This document shows, piece by piece, positions 13,405 through 23,868 of a stretch of DNA of 64,000 bases. Origin of the DNA: Podarcis melisellensis (taxonomy: Eukaryota); NCBI GenBank assembly GCA_964234715.1, contig OZ174290.1; one strand, given 5' to 3'. A program made the translations under genes and the position numbers. Position 1 is the first letter of the stretch. Each line of letters starts with the position of its first letter. The notes beneath the pieces were generated by a model, which was not told where the DNA came from, did no database searches, and saw only the letters and a program-made list of their open reading frames with translations.

Positions 13405-14086
13405 CTGCAAAAGAGAAGGGGTAGGGAGAAGGAGAGTCCATCTTAATACAGACTTCTGCCATGCCTCATGTTTCCATAGCAGCTTTCAACTCAATTGAAG
13501 GCATTTGCCAGCAATTGTTAAGTCATTGCTTTCCTCTTGGAGTGTGCATATTCTACACATCACCTTTAACAAGCACCCACAGCTAAGCCACCACACCTCA
13601 AATGCATTTCTGCTGCAAGAGTCAGCTTCCAGCACCTTGGAGAGTACATTTTCTGCATCAAGCCTTTTTTGTGTGTGAAATACACCAGGAGGACACCATC
13701 CCAGAAAGTCTTAGTGCATAATTGGACAGTTGAACCACAGGTGACAGGCACTAAACTAAGTTCCTGAAGGCACTGTTGCCTATTCATCACAAACACAGTA
13801 AGTCAGACATGCTGTATTTGGGGGTCCTCCTGTTCATTTTGGTGAGGTGGAGTTCTGCCCTGAAGTCCAGCCCTCATAGCACCACTGGTTTTAGGGACTC
13901 CAAACTGGAAAGCATGACTGCCAAGAAAACAAAAGTTTCTGGTGCTTTCATTTTACAAACCAAGCCGAGAAGCCTCCACCCCAGTTATGATGCCACTTTA
14001 TAAACATTTGATTTGTCACTCCCAAACTGGTACCCTCCAGCTGTCTTGGACTACAAGCCTCAGTCAGCCCACCAGTCAGGGATGAT

Positions 14087-14221
14087 GGGCTTGGCCAAAC
14101 TTGGTCCTCCATATGCTTTGAGACTACAACTTCCATCACCACTAGCTAACAGGTCCAGTGGTCAGGGATGATGGGAATTGTAGTCCCAAAACATCTGGCG
14201 GGCCAAGTTTGGCCATGCCTG
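14087..14221. mobile_element. Palindromic hAT MITE (family of 40372-40507)
   Basis: GGCCAAACTTGG...CCAAGTTTGGCCATGCCTG termini and the same internal sequence as the 40372 copy. Confidence 0.75.
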
Positions 14222-17200
14222 ATGTAGTTCAGCCAAGCTGGAAAATGCTGCATTAGATGAACCTTCCCATCTCACCCTTCCACACTAGTGCCATAGTGAG
14301 AATGGTGGAGAGGAGTTTGTGTGTTTGTGTTTGTGTGTGTAACTATTAACATAGCAAAACATTTTTATTGCAACAAGAACCATAGCACAAGTCCACTGTT
14401 TGTAGCAATGTAACCCAATTTTACAAAGCAGGAAGAAACAAGCACATAGTTACAGTCCTGCAATGCGACACAGTCTCCAACAAGCAATGGATGTCAGACT
14501 TTGGGGCTATTACAACTGCACATTCAAAATGGTTAGTATGTACAGAAACACCCTTCCCAAAGTGCTAATTCCAGACATTGCTAGTTTGATATATCAGCTT
14601 ACTGCCAATGCACCTAAGAAGCGTCACATTTTATTTTAACAGTTCACAGTTTAGCAGCCATTGCAATGCAAAGACAGACAGGTAGGGAGGAGGGAAAAGG
14701 CAAAGTTGGGTTGTCATGGCCACTGCAGGACAATTATGGGGTGGATGAGCAGCCAAGTGGCAGTTCATTCCAGCTGAGCTGCTTGAGTGGGTGTCGCTGT
14801 CTCACCTCTCCTTGAGAAGCAGCCAGGAAAAGGGGCTGCGTATGATGACAATTCTGAGAAAGGAGGTGCCAAAGGACACTTTGGCCCACGCAGGCTCTCA
14901 CTCCAATGCAACCACCACAAATCCTTAAGTGAGGAGTGGGGAAATGCCACCCCACAGGCCTAATAAGGCCTTGCCAGGCCTCCTCATTTGCCCAAGCCAC
15001 ACCTACCTGCCCTAAATCTGATGTCATACATGTGGGGTGAGTAAAGACTCAACTGCACCAAAATGGGGTTTGCCAGCACTGCTTACCAGTTGGCCACCAG
15101 GGCTTAAATAGCACTGTGCCTTTGCCCGCAGTTTGATTTCAACCCCTGCAGTCAAAAATAGAGGTCAATGTGACATAATGTGGTTGACAAATAGGTGACC
15201 CCACTCCCTGTCGAGCTTGGCGTGAAGGGGGTGGGGGTACAAGGATCATGCTTCCCTGCCTGCCAGATCCCATTCCTTACTCCTTATCATTCTATAATGG
15301 CTTGCTTAAGGCCACTCAATGAGTTTTGGGCCGAGTTTATGAACTATGGGCTTCATCAGTTAAAAAGACACACATGACCATTATGCTCACTGAGGGCTTG
15401 CATTTGAGTAGACATGAATGGGACTGTTGGCTTCCAACTTCATTCCAATTTTTAAACTCTGTGTAGTGTGAGTGTGTTTCTGCATGTATAGGAAAATGGT
15501 AATTTCCCATTCCAAGTCAACATTCAGACAAGGGAGAGATTATTTGGAGAAAAAGCAGTTTTGAATTATTGCTAAAATTCTGGGTGGCAAGTCAGTAAAC
15601 CTTTCAAGGACAGGCTGCCAAGAGGAGCAGAGGAATACCTAGCATTTTACGGACTAGAGGTGTGGCTGCAATGCATACATAATGGGCATGTTTCTATGGA
15701 ATGCTTGATTGGAAAAGAGTTTCTGAACGCATGCTACAGTGCTGTGCTCTCCCTCTTTTGTTTCTGGGTAGCAATGCATGACTGTGCTAATTTTGGTTTC
15801 TCATTTTTCCAACCTTAAGTTCAGTTCTCCACATTTACATGTCAGTTTGAAATTAGTCAGTATTTCTTGTGCCAAGTTTCCCTATGCATATTTTAGACAT
15901 GATTTTGCTTAATAAATTCAGTTTGCTAAGCAATTTCCACCAATATATACATTTATATGTACACTGTATTAGGTACATTCTCATGCACATCACATGGTGG
16001 AGAACTGCATTGCAAAATTTGGAAAAGTGCAAATTCTGAAGGATGGCTGTGCTCTAGTTTGAATAATGTTTTGGAAAGTAAGTACTGGGTAGCTTTGCCT
16101 TTATATGTAAACTGAAGTTAATTTCTTCTCCATTTGGGAACTGTTAAGTACTGTCAAATATGTATATCCTGACTGGGGCAACCTGGTTGAATGGGCAGGG
16201 GGTGTAAGTAATAAATCATCACCCCGCTCTTTATAAAAACCAGGATTACCTCTGAGATGCATAGAAAAATAAAATAAAAACCATCACAGAACCTAAGCCA
16301 CACCTGATGGCATTCCAACTCTTACAGAACACTACAAGCATTCCAGGATAAAAGAAGGCGCCTTAACTCACCTCCTGAAAGCATGCACCGACACAAAGTG
16401 TTGGGCATCACTTGAAGGTAATTCTGGAGGAACTGTGACCTCATTCCTCACCTTGCCAACAATGGGCTGATGCTCCAAGGGGCCTTCGTCACTAACCTTA
16501 ATGAGCAAGGGGTTCATGTAGCGAGAGGAGCTACTTTGCATATATAGGACCCAGACTATCTTGATGTGAATGCTCTCCCCAGAGAAGGACACATGGTGCC
16601 ATCATTGCTTGCTTTTTGGCACCAGCTGAAACATTTCCTGTATTGCAGGGGGTCCCTTGAGTCCCTTCCAACCCGAAGATTCTATGATTCTTACTTACCC
16701 AGGCTTCCAGTTGCTAACTGAGCAGGTAGCGTTATGTTTTCTGACCCTTTAGTGCTCATCTTTTAGTGGGGTGGGAAGGATTTGTCTATTTTTGTTCAGG
16801 AGAACTTCCTAATGGATGATGCCCCATTGGACATTTCTACCCGCTTTAAATTCAGTCACCCTTAATGTTGCCCCAAACCTCCCATCTAAAACAGCTGTAT
16901 TATGGTATAAACTTTATAACTTAGCCTAAAGAATCACTACGGAAGGGGGTCAATTTGCACAACTATCCTTTCTGTTCCAAAATTGAACATCCCGTGCTTC
17001 TGGTGTGACACACTAAAACAGTTTAAATATAGGAAACTGCAGTCCCTTACATTTAAAAATAGATAATGCATTCTACACTCACTGTGTTGTTTGCTTTCTA
17101 TGTGAAGGTGTCATGGAATTGGCAGCTGAGCGTTGCAGTGCACAGCTGGAAGAAGCATGGGGTGAGTATATACTGTAGAAAGAGGCAAATTACCATTGCC

Positions 17201-17669
17201 TTAGGATGCTCAGTGGCCAAGAGCAGTGGACCAGCACATCGGCTCATAGCAAGTGCTCACCTTCATCAGCCACATAGAGAAGTTGTTGAAGCAGCAGGAT
17301 CTGACGCTTCCAAATCATGTTGGATGTTTGAATGGATGCACTGCGAACATGTCCGTCTGCTTAAATAAGGACCCAATGGTGCCATCAGGAAAGGACTTTG
17401 AATCAAAAAGGCAGGGCCCCATTTGATGGGATGAGCACAGGGCTTCCAGATGCAGCAAACTGGCTTGCCACATTTGATAGTAATTATTATTTAAATTCTC
17501 TTTTGAAGGGGGCCCATAAACCCAGAGTCTAAGCTTACCTTATCACTGTAAGCATTTTGGACAAATGTTTCTTTATCTTTCAACTCCAGTTTGAAAAGCT
17601 GTCACTAATACAGGCTTTCTAATCCCACTAAGTTGAGTGTAAGGCTCCAGTTAAGATTTTGCAGACAGT

Positions 17670-17870
17670 CACGGTGGTGAAATGGTTGAAGTGTCAGACT
17701 AAGATTGAGGTGACCCCAGCTTTAAATCCCTACTCAGCCATACAACTGACTTAGTGACCTTGGGCTAGTCATTTCTGGGCATAACCTACCGTACAGGGTT
17801 GTTGAAGGGGATTAGATGGAATGTACAGGGAGAAAATCATGTAACCCGCTTGAGCTCCTTGATGGGAAAT
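17670..17870 (+). mobile_element. tRNA-derived squamate SINE (Squam3/MIR-like)
   Basis: A/B-box-like head followed by GTGACCTTGGGCTAGTC...CCTACC..ACAGGGTTGTTG core; related copies at ~20475-20665 (-) and ~35535-35690 (+). Confidence 0.55.
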
Positions 17871-19817
17871 TAGTAGAGTAATGCAGTAAATGCAGTTAAA
17901 GCCCAGTAGTTAAGCTCATGGAGGTGAGCAGAGCAGCATAAAGAACTTAGGAAGAGCCGCCAGAGTTTGTGCACAAGGCTGAACTATTTAAATATGTCAG
18001 CAGGACAATTTTCTTCCAGAAGCTGGCTGACAATCCACCAGATTTCTCCCCTGCCTGCAGGTGAATTGGTGTAACATTTTTCTCCAAGCTGAATTTCTAC
18101 TCAGTCATGCAAAGGGAGATCTGTTACTTTTTGCCTGATCATGTTTCATATCTTAGGAATGACGTGCAAACCAGGACTTTTAAAAAATTGGGATGCTATT
18201 TCTCAGGGAAGCAGAGGATTTTAGATAGTAGTTCTAGAAACCTAGTGAAAAAGCTCGTTAATTTCTAGTCAAGTGTAGCATCTTGCCATGGGTACCTTTT
18301 AAATGAGAACACTGCATGTTTCAATGATAACTTATATGCAAGGAAAAAGAACTATTTGATAAGACAAAGCTCTCTGCAAACCACCCCTAACTATCCTCAG
18401 AAATAAATACCCTGTGTGTGTGTGTGGGGGGGGGGGTATTATTTGTTACTATGTTTTGCATTTTTGTGTTTTTATATTGCAAACTCCCCTGTGATCTTTG
18501 GATGAAGGATGGCATAGAAATTTAATAAATGAATGAATGAATGAATGAATAAAACAACTCATTTTATAACAATAGGTTTCCATAGATTCAGGTTATAACT
18601 TGGCACTTAGCATGTTCAATATGTATTAGGGCTCTTATTGTTTTAGGCACAGTGGAATAACTGAGACCCTTTGTTTCTATAGCAACCAAGTACAAAAGGA
18701 AATTGAGCAAATACCCTAGAACTGTGCTGCAGAGTCTTGCAGATCTGAAATAGCAGCCTCTCTTGGCAAGTGTCAAATCAGAGGAGTATAAATGTCTTTA
18801 TTTTAAATGGGAAGCATAAGCAGCAGCCAACAACTGAGCCTTTTCAAAAGTGTTTAGCTTTAGGTAAGTCAGCAAAACATATACAGCCCATTTCTCAAAT
18901 GGAACTAACTTGTTTTAAGACTGTATTGGTAACATGCAACATGAGAATTTCTGATTTGACTGTAGAGCAAGGGAGGATTAAAAGTTAGAAGCCAGAAAGG
19001 GAAGGTGTAGATTTTCAGATGTAGGTACTTACATGGGGTACACTGCTCCCAGTACAGCTATTAAGGCTCCATACACACCATCCGCTTAAAACACATGTAA
19101 AACACATCACCCCCAAAGAATCTTAGGAACTGTAGTTTTCCCTCACAGAGCTACAGTTCCTAGTACCCCGAACAAACTACGGTTCTCAGGATTCTTTTTT
19201 CGGGGGGACGGCAGGGAGAACGCCTTAAGTGTTAAGGTGCATACACAGCCACACACCATCTTTCTATTTCCAGAGTAGTAGGTTAGCTCTGTTAATCTGC
19301 TGCAGCAACATCACGAAAAGTCTCGGGGCACCTTGAAGACCAGCCAATTTAATTCTAGCAGAAGCTGTTTTGGGGGCGGGGCGCAATTCATCCGAGGCAT
19401 GAAGTGTTCGCTAGGGAATGGTGCTTAACTTGGAGATGGGTGAACCATTCTGCTTCAGTTCACTTCTCCAAGAAGACTGGAGGCCTCCGCTGTGGCTGAA
19501 GCGGACGGCGCAGTGTGAACCACCTCGAATACTACCCCGCATTTAGGATCACTACACCAGCTCCTGAAACGAGCGAGCGCTCTCCTCCCATTCATTCGGC
19601 TGTGGCACAGCGGCAGAAAGAGAGGGAGAGAAGCAGGAGGCATATTAACGCAGCGTGAAGTTCTCCTGCGCAAGCTCCCCTTCTGCACACAGCTCCCGTC
19701 CTTTCTTTGAGTGGGGCAGCGGCTTGCGCAGGAGAACTTCCCGCCGGCGTTTGCGGCCAAAGTGAGCCGCAACAGCTGTCTGCACGGGCTCCTGCCTGCA
19801 AAGGAGAAAGAGGGTAC

Positions 19818-19938
19818 CTGAATTTTGCGCGGCCAGCCTGGCCTTCCTGGGGCTGAAGGAGTCATTCTGCTCCACTTCGTAAGTCGCAGCAGCAGCGGCC
19901 GCCAGCAGCAGCAGCAGGACCGCCGACTTTCGGAGCAT
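19818..19938 (-). CDS. STC1: STC1 coding exon 1 (signal peptide/prosegment MLRKSAVLLLLLAAAAAATYEVEQNDSFSPRKARLAAQNS)
   Basis: ATG at 19938-19936; resembles mammalian MLQNSAVLL...EQNDSVSPRKSRVAAQNS; donor TCAG|GTACCC, phase 1. Confidence 0.96.
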
Positions 19939-20146
19939 TCTCTGCTAAGTTTCCGCTAAGTTCTCGCTTCGGGCTTCTCTCGCTTTCTGGCCCCCTCTCG
20001 AGCTGGAGCGAAGACGCGGAGCCGGACGGGGCTGGAGAAAGGAGCAACCGATGGACTGCCGCGCCGAGTCCGTCAAAGCCGCTGCTCTCCGTCGCCACTT
20101 GGACTCCCCTTCCTCCTCCTCCTCGCTGCAGGTGACCAACCTGGAG

Positions 20147-20236
20147 TTTTTATAGCCACCCTGAGAGGTTCCTTCCCCCTCCCCACCCCTACCTCCAAGT
20201 TCAAGAGCCAATCAGGAGACGCGGTGGGCAGCCAAT
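20147..20236 (-). promoter_or_regulatory. STC1 core promoter: TATAAAAA box (20154-20147) plus two CCAAT boxes (20208-20212, 20232-20236)
   Basis: GGCTATAAAAAC lies ~210 bp upstream of the ATG; two GCCAAT motifs lie 55-80 bp further upstream; a purine-rich tract lies between them and the TATA box. Confidence 0.8.
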
Positions 20237-20857
20237 GGGGAGCTGTGCTCATTCAAGCACAGGAAGCCTGGAACTTCATAGGAAGAATTTTTTCCAGCCC
20301 ATTAAAAGAACCTGCCAAAGAGGAATATTAACCAAAAGAAAAGAAGGAGCATGAATTTTCATTTGATGGGGTGGTTGGGGGAAGAATTTAACTCAAGCTG
20401 CATGCTATGAACTGAGTGGCTCTAAAGACCAACAAATTCATAACAACATTAAAGTACCTTGTGGCTCCATTTCTATCTCACCTTTCCTGAAGGTGGGGCA
20501 CATGGGTCTCCCCCCCCCCCAATATTATCCTCACAAACAATGAGGGAGGTTAGGCTGAGAGACAGCAGCTGGGACCCAGGGTCACCCAGTGAGCATCATG
20601 GTCCAATGGGAATCTGAACCCTCATCTCCCAGCTCCTAGTTCAACATTCTTACCACTCACCACACTTGTCAATCTTCCCTTCTTGGGCAAGGTAGTTGTG
20701 GACCAGATTCAGGCACTCTTGGAGGAAACTGATTTTCTAGATCCATTAAGGGCTGGTGTTGGCACATAAACTGCTTTGGGCACCCTGTGTGATGACCTCT
20801 GTGACGGGGGAAATGTGTCCCTGTTAATTCTCCTCAATGACTCAGCAGCTTTCAGTA

Positions 20858-21952
20858 CAGTGGTGCCCCGCAAGACGAATGCCTCGCAAGACGAAAAACC
20901 CGCAAGACGAAAGGGTTTTTCGGTTTTTGCGACGCTTCGCTAGACGATTTTCCCTATGGGCTTGCATCGCAAGACGAAAGCCCATAGGGAAATCTCGGGG
21001 ACCTTTTTTTAAATGCTGACGGTGGGGAGCAAAGCCTTTTCCCCCCCTCCGGCCTTCAGAAGAGGTCCAGGAAGGCCGGCGGGGGCAAAAGACTTTGCTC
21101 CCCACCGCCAGCATTTTAAAAGCGGTCCGGGATAGCAGGGAAGCGCTTCCCGCTATCCCGGACGGCTTTTGAAGGCAGGCAGGGGGGGCAAAGACTTTTG
21201 CCCCCCCTGCCTGCCTAACCGGGGGCTTTTAAATCGCCCCGGGACGGTCCGGGGCGATTTAAAAGCCCCCGGACGGCTTTTGAAGCCTCCCCCCGCCGCC
21301 CGGCTTCGGGGCATCGTCCCGATGCTGGGCGGCGGGGCAGGAACGCCTCCCCCAGCCGCCCGGCTTCGGGGCATCGTTCCGATGCCGGGCGGCAGGGCAG
21401 GAACGCCTCCCCCCCCGCCCGGCATCGGAACGATGTCCCGAAGCCCGGCGGCGGGGCAGGAAAGCCTCCCCCCGCCGCCCGGCATCGGAACGATGTCCCG
21501 AAGCCGGGCGGCCGGGCGGGAAAGCCTCCCCCAGCCGCCCGGCTTCAGGGCATCGTCCCGATGCCGGGCGGTGGGGCAGGAACGCCTCCCCCCGCCGCCC
21601 GGCATCGGAACGATGTCCCGAAGCCGGGCGGCCGGGCGGGAAAGCCTCCCCCCGCCGCCCGGCTTCAGAACGATGTCCCGAAGCCCGGCGGCGGGGCGGG
21701 AAAGCCTTTGTCCCCCCTGCCTGCCTTCCCAGGGGCTTTTAAATCGCCCCGGACAGCGGAGAAGTCCTCCGCTGTCCCGGGCGATTTTAAAATGCCGCCC
21801 GCCAGAAGAGGTCGGGGGAAGGCGGTTTCCATAGGAACGCATTAATTGATTTTCAATGCATTCCTATGGAAAACCGTGCATCGCAAGACGAAAAACTCGC
21901 AAGACGAAGAGACTTGCGGAACGAATTAATTTCGTCTTGCGAGGCACCACTG
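20858..21952. mobile_element. Non-autonomous Tc1/mariner (Tigger/pogo-like) DNA transposon, 1095 bp
   Basis: 22-bp TIR CAGTGGTGCC(C/T)CGCAAGACGAA with 1 mismatch; TA TSD at 20856-57 and 21953-54; repeated subterminal CGCAAGACGAA motifs; no transposase ORF. Confidence 0.92.
21284..21706. repeat. GC/CpG-rich minisatellite, 7 units of ~60 bp, inside the transposon
   Basis: Units start at 21301, 21361, 21420, 21480, 21540, 21600 and 21660. Confidence 0.95.
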
Positions 21953-23312
21953 TACCATCAACCATGGTATCCTCTGGAGCAGCTTAGGGGTGGGACGAAC
22001 CACTTTGCTGTGGTTCTGGTTCTAGCTTCCTATATAGGCAGCTTCCTATGTATAATGCTTCAGACAAGTGTCCAAAGTGTATCATATACACTGCAATACG
22101 CTGTCCCTATTCACTCCCCCAACATCTCCACTAGATGTTTTTGAACTACAACTCCCATTAGCCCTAGGAAGTGTGACCTAAGGCTAGGCATGATGGGAGT
22201 TGAAGTTCAGGGTCAAAAGTTCCCCACACCTGGGCCAGATGAACAAACAATGTGATACAGCTTTCCATGCATGCATCATCAGATTGATGTCGGTGGATTG
22301 TGTGGGCTGATTCCATTGCACTTGAGGAGCTGCAAAAGTTCGATCTGTGATGTTCCATTAGTTCCACACATACAGATGATTGCTTGATACTGCAATGATC
22401 AGCTGAGGAACACGCATGTATGAACCAGCAACCCTTGATGACTGATGGTGGAATGTCTGTACACTGAAAATCATTTTCTCTGCAGTGATATGGAAGTTCT
22501 CTCTGCAGTGTGTGCTACCTGTGATGGCCCGTTAAACCATTCCTTGATTTTTGCAGTCATCAAGCAGGGAACATACATGCCTGAACCAGCCTCCTGTCTC
22601 TTTATGCAGATACCTGCTGTACACATTACAGCTCTTACGTGTAGGCTGCCCCAAACAGTTGTGTGTGGTGGCAGCACATTTCCAGGGAGAATTGCCATAG
22701 CAGTGCCAAGACTTGAACAAAACTCACAAAATCAAGGAAAGGGTTGTAGTCTACCTGTAGTAGTGCCTGCAAGAGGTACCTGATTCACTTCTAGGCATCT
22801 CCATGTAGGGCTGGGAGAAACCCTGGAGAGTCTCTACCCGTCAGTGTTGACAACAGTGAGGTAGATGGATCAATGGTCTGGCTCAGTGTTAGGCAGCTCC
22901 CTAAATTCCCTTGTATAAAATGTCCCCCAAAGACAGTTTTTATAAAAAAAAAGAAAGAAAATTATTTCAAATAGTTAAGACTCTGCCAAATAGCCTGGAG
23001 ATCACCATGACATGCATGCCAATGAACTTAGGAACCTGCTAGGCGGGCAGATTAAAATAATAATTGTCAATTGTGGCTTCCCCATCTCATTACTAGACAA
23101 ATTCCAATACAGAAAGAAACATGATGCAATAAGTTGCTACTGTTGAATCTGATTTTGTTTCCATGGTAATGACAATTTCGACTGCTTGTGTTGATTTGGA
23201 TAGGTGGGTAAGTGCAGGGAGTGTAAACTGATTGAAGAAATCCCACAGATGCAGGTGAGTTAATAAGGTCAGCTTCCATGTATTTCAGTTGCATTCCATC
23301 TGCTGAAAAATG

Positions 23313-23456
23313 GAATCATACAATCATAGAGTTTGAAGGGGCTCCAAGGATCATCTAGTCCAACCCCCTGCAATTCAGGAATCTTTCGCCCAATGTGGGG
23401 CTCAAACCCATGACCCTGAGATTAAAAGTTGCATGCTGTACCAACTGAGCTATCCA
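23313..23456 (-). mobile_element. tRNA-Lys-derived SINE with a CR1-type 3' tail
   Basis: Minus strand reads GGATAGCTCAGTTGGTACAGCATGCAACTTTTAATCTCAGGGTCATGGGTTTGAGCCCCACATTGGGCG, then CR1 tail GGGGGTTGGACTAGATG...CTATGATT. Confidence 0.8.
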
Positions 23457-23626
23457 GCAGTCCATGCTCTATACTAGTGGAATAGCCATTCATTTTGAAA
23501 AATCTAGCCCTTTTCTTATCTATCCAGAGTTAACTGATCAGTTACTCAACAATACATTGGAAGAAGATACACCTGACTCTTCTTCTGGGGAAAGGACTGT
23601 AACTCAGTGGCAGAACATCCACACTA

Positions 23627-23868
23627 CAGTGATACTTCGGGTTACATACGCTTCAGGTTACATACGCTTTAGGTTACAGACTCTGCTAACCCAGAAATAG
23701 TGCTTCAGGTTAAGAACTTTGCTTCAGGATAAGTACAGAAATCGGGCTCTGGCAGCGCGGCACCAACAGGAGGCCCCATCAGCTAAAGTGGTGCTTCAGG
23801 TTAAGAACAGTTTCACGTTAAGAATGGACCTCCAGGACGAATTAAGTACTTAACCCGAGGTACGACTG
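23627..23868. mobile_element. Tc1/mariner-type MITE nested in a SINE head
   Basis: TIR CAGTGATACTTCGGGTTA / TAACCCGAGGTACGACTG; TA TSD; internal GCTTCAGGTTA repeats. Confidence 0.85.

Larger units (their letters stand above)
157..19938 (-). other. STC1: Stanniocalcin-1 gene span (start codon to stop codon, 4 coding exons, 248 aa)
   Basis: Exon lengths 121+143+212+271=747 nt join in frame with GT-AG junctions. The protein aligns end to end with vertebrate STC1, including 11 Cys and the N-S-T glycosylation site. Confidence 0.98.
19370..20240. promoter_or_regulatory. CpG-island-like region over the STC1 promoter, exon 1 and the start of intron 1
   Basis: Visibly high GC and retained CpG compared with CpG-depleted flanks; boundaries approximate. 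Confidence 0.75.
20680..21990 (+). mobile_element. Old L2 RT fragment split by the Tc1/mariner insertion
   Basis: Joining 20821-20857 to 21955 onward reads LLILLNDSAAFSTINHGIL, a decayed LLDLSAAFDTIDH RT motif. Confidence 0.75.

Noticed and set aside
13405-13462. N-terminal extension [18 protein letters not shown] of ORF 13145..13462
   Set aside because: Intronic read-through across the polypyrimidine tract. The real exon starts at the AG acceptor (13404).
18160-18167. TGACGTGC (HRE/CRE-like) in STC1 intron 1
   Set aside because: A single short motif expected by chance; no supporting cluster, and I cannot verify conservation.
19645-19817. C-terminal part of ORF 19645..19938
   Set aside because: Lies past the exon-1 GT donor and has no STC1 similarity.
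21284-21706. CRISPR-like repeat/spacer appearance
   Set aside because: The variable parts are just two orientations of one sequence, not unique spacers. The context is eukaryotic and there are no cas genes.
21153-21842. Long 229-aa (-) and 221-aa (+) Pro/Gly/Arg-rich ORFs
   Set aside because: By-products of a GC-rich 60-bp tandem array that lacks stop codons. No transposase or other domain is present.
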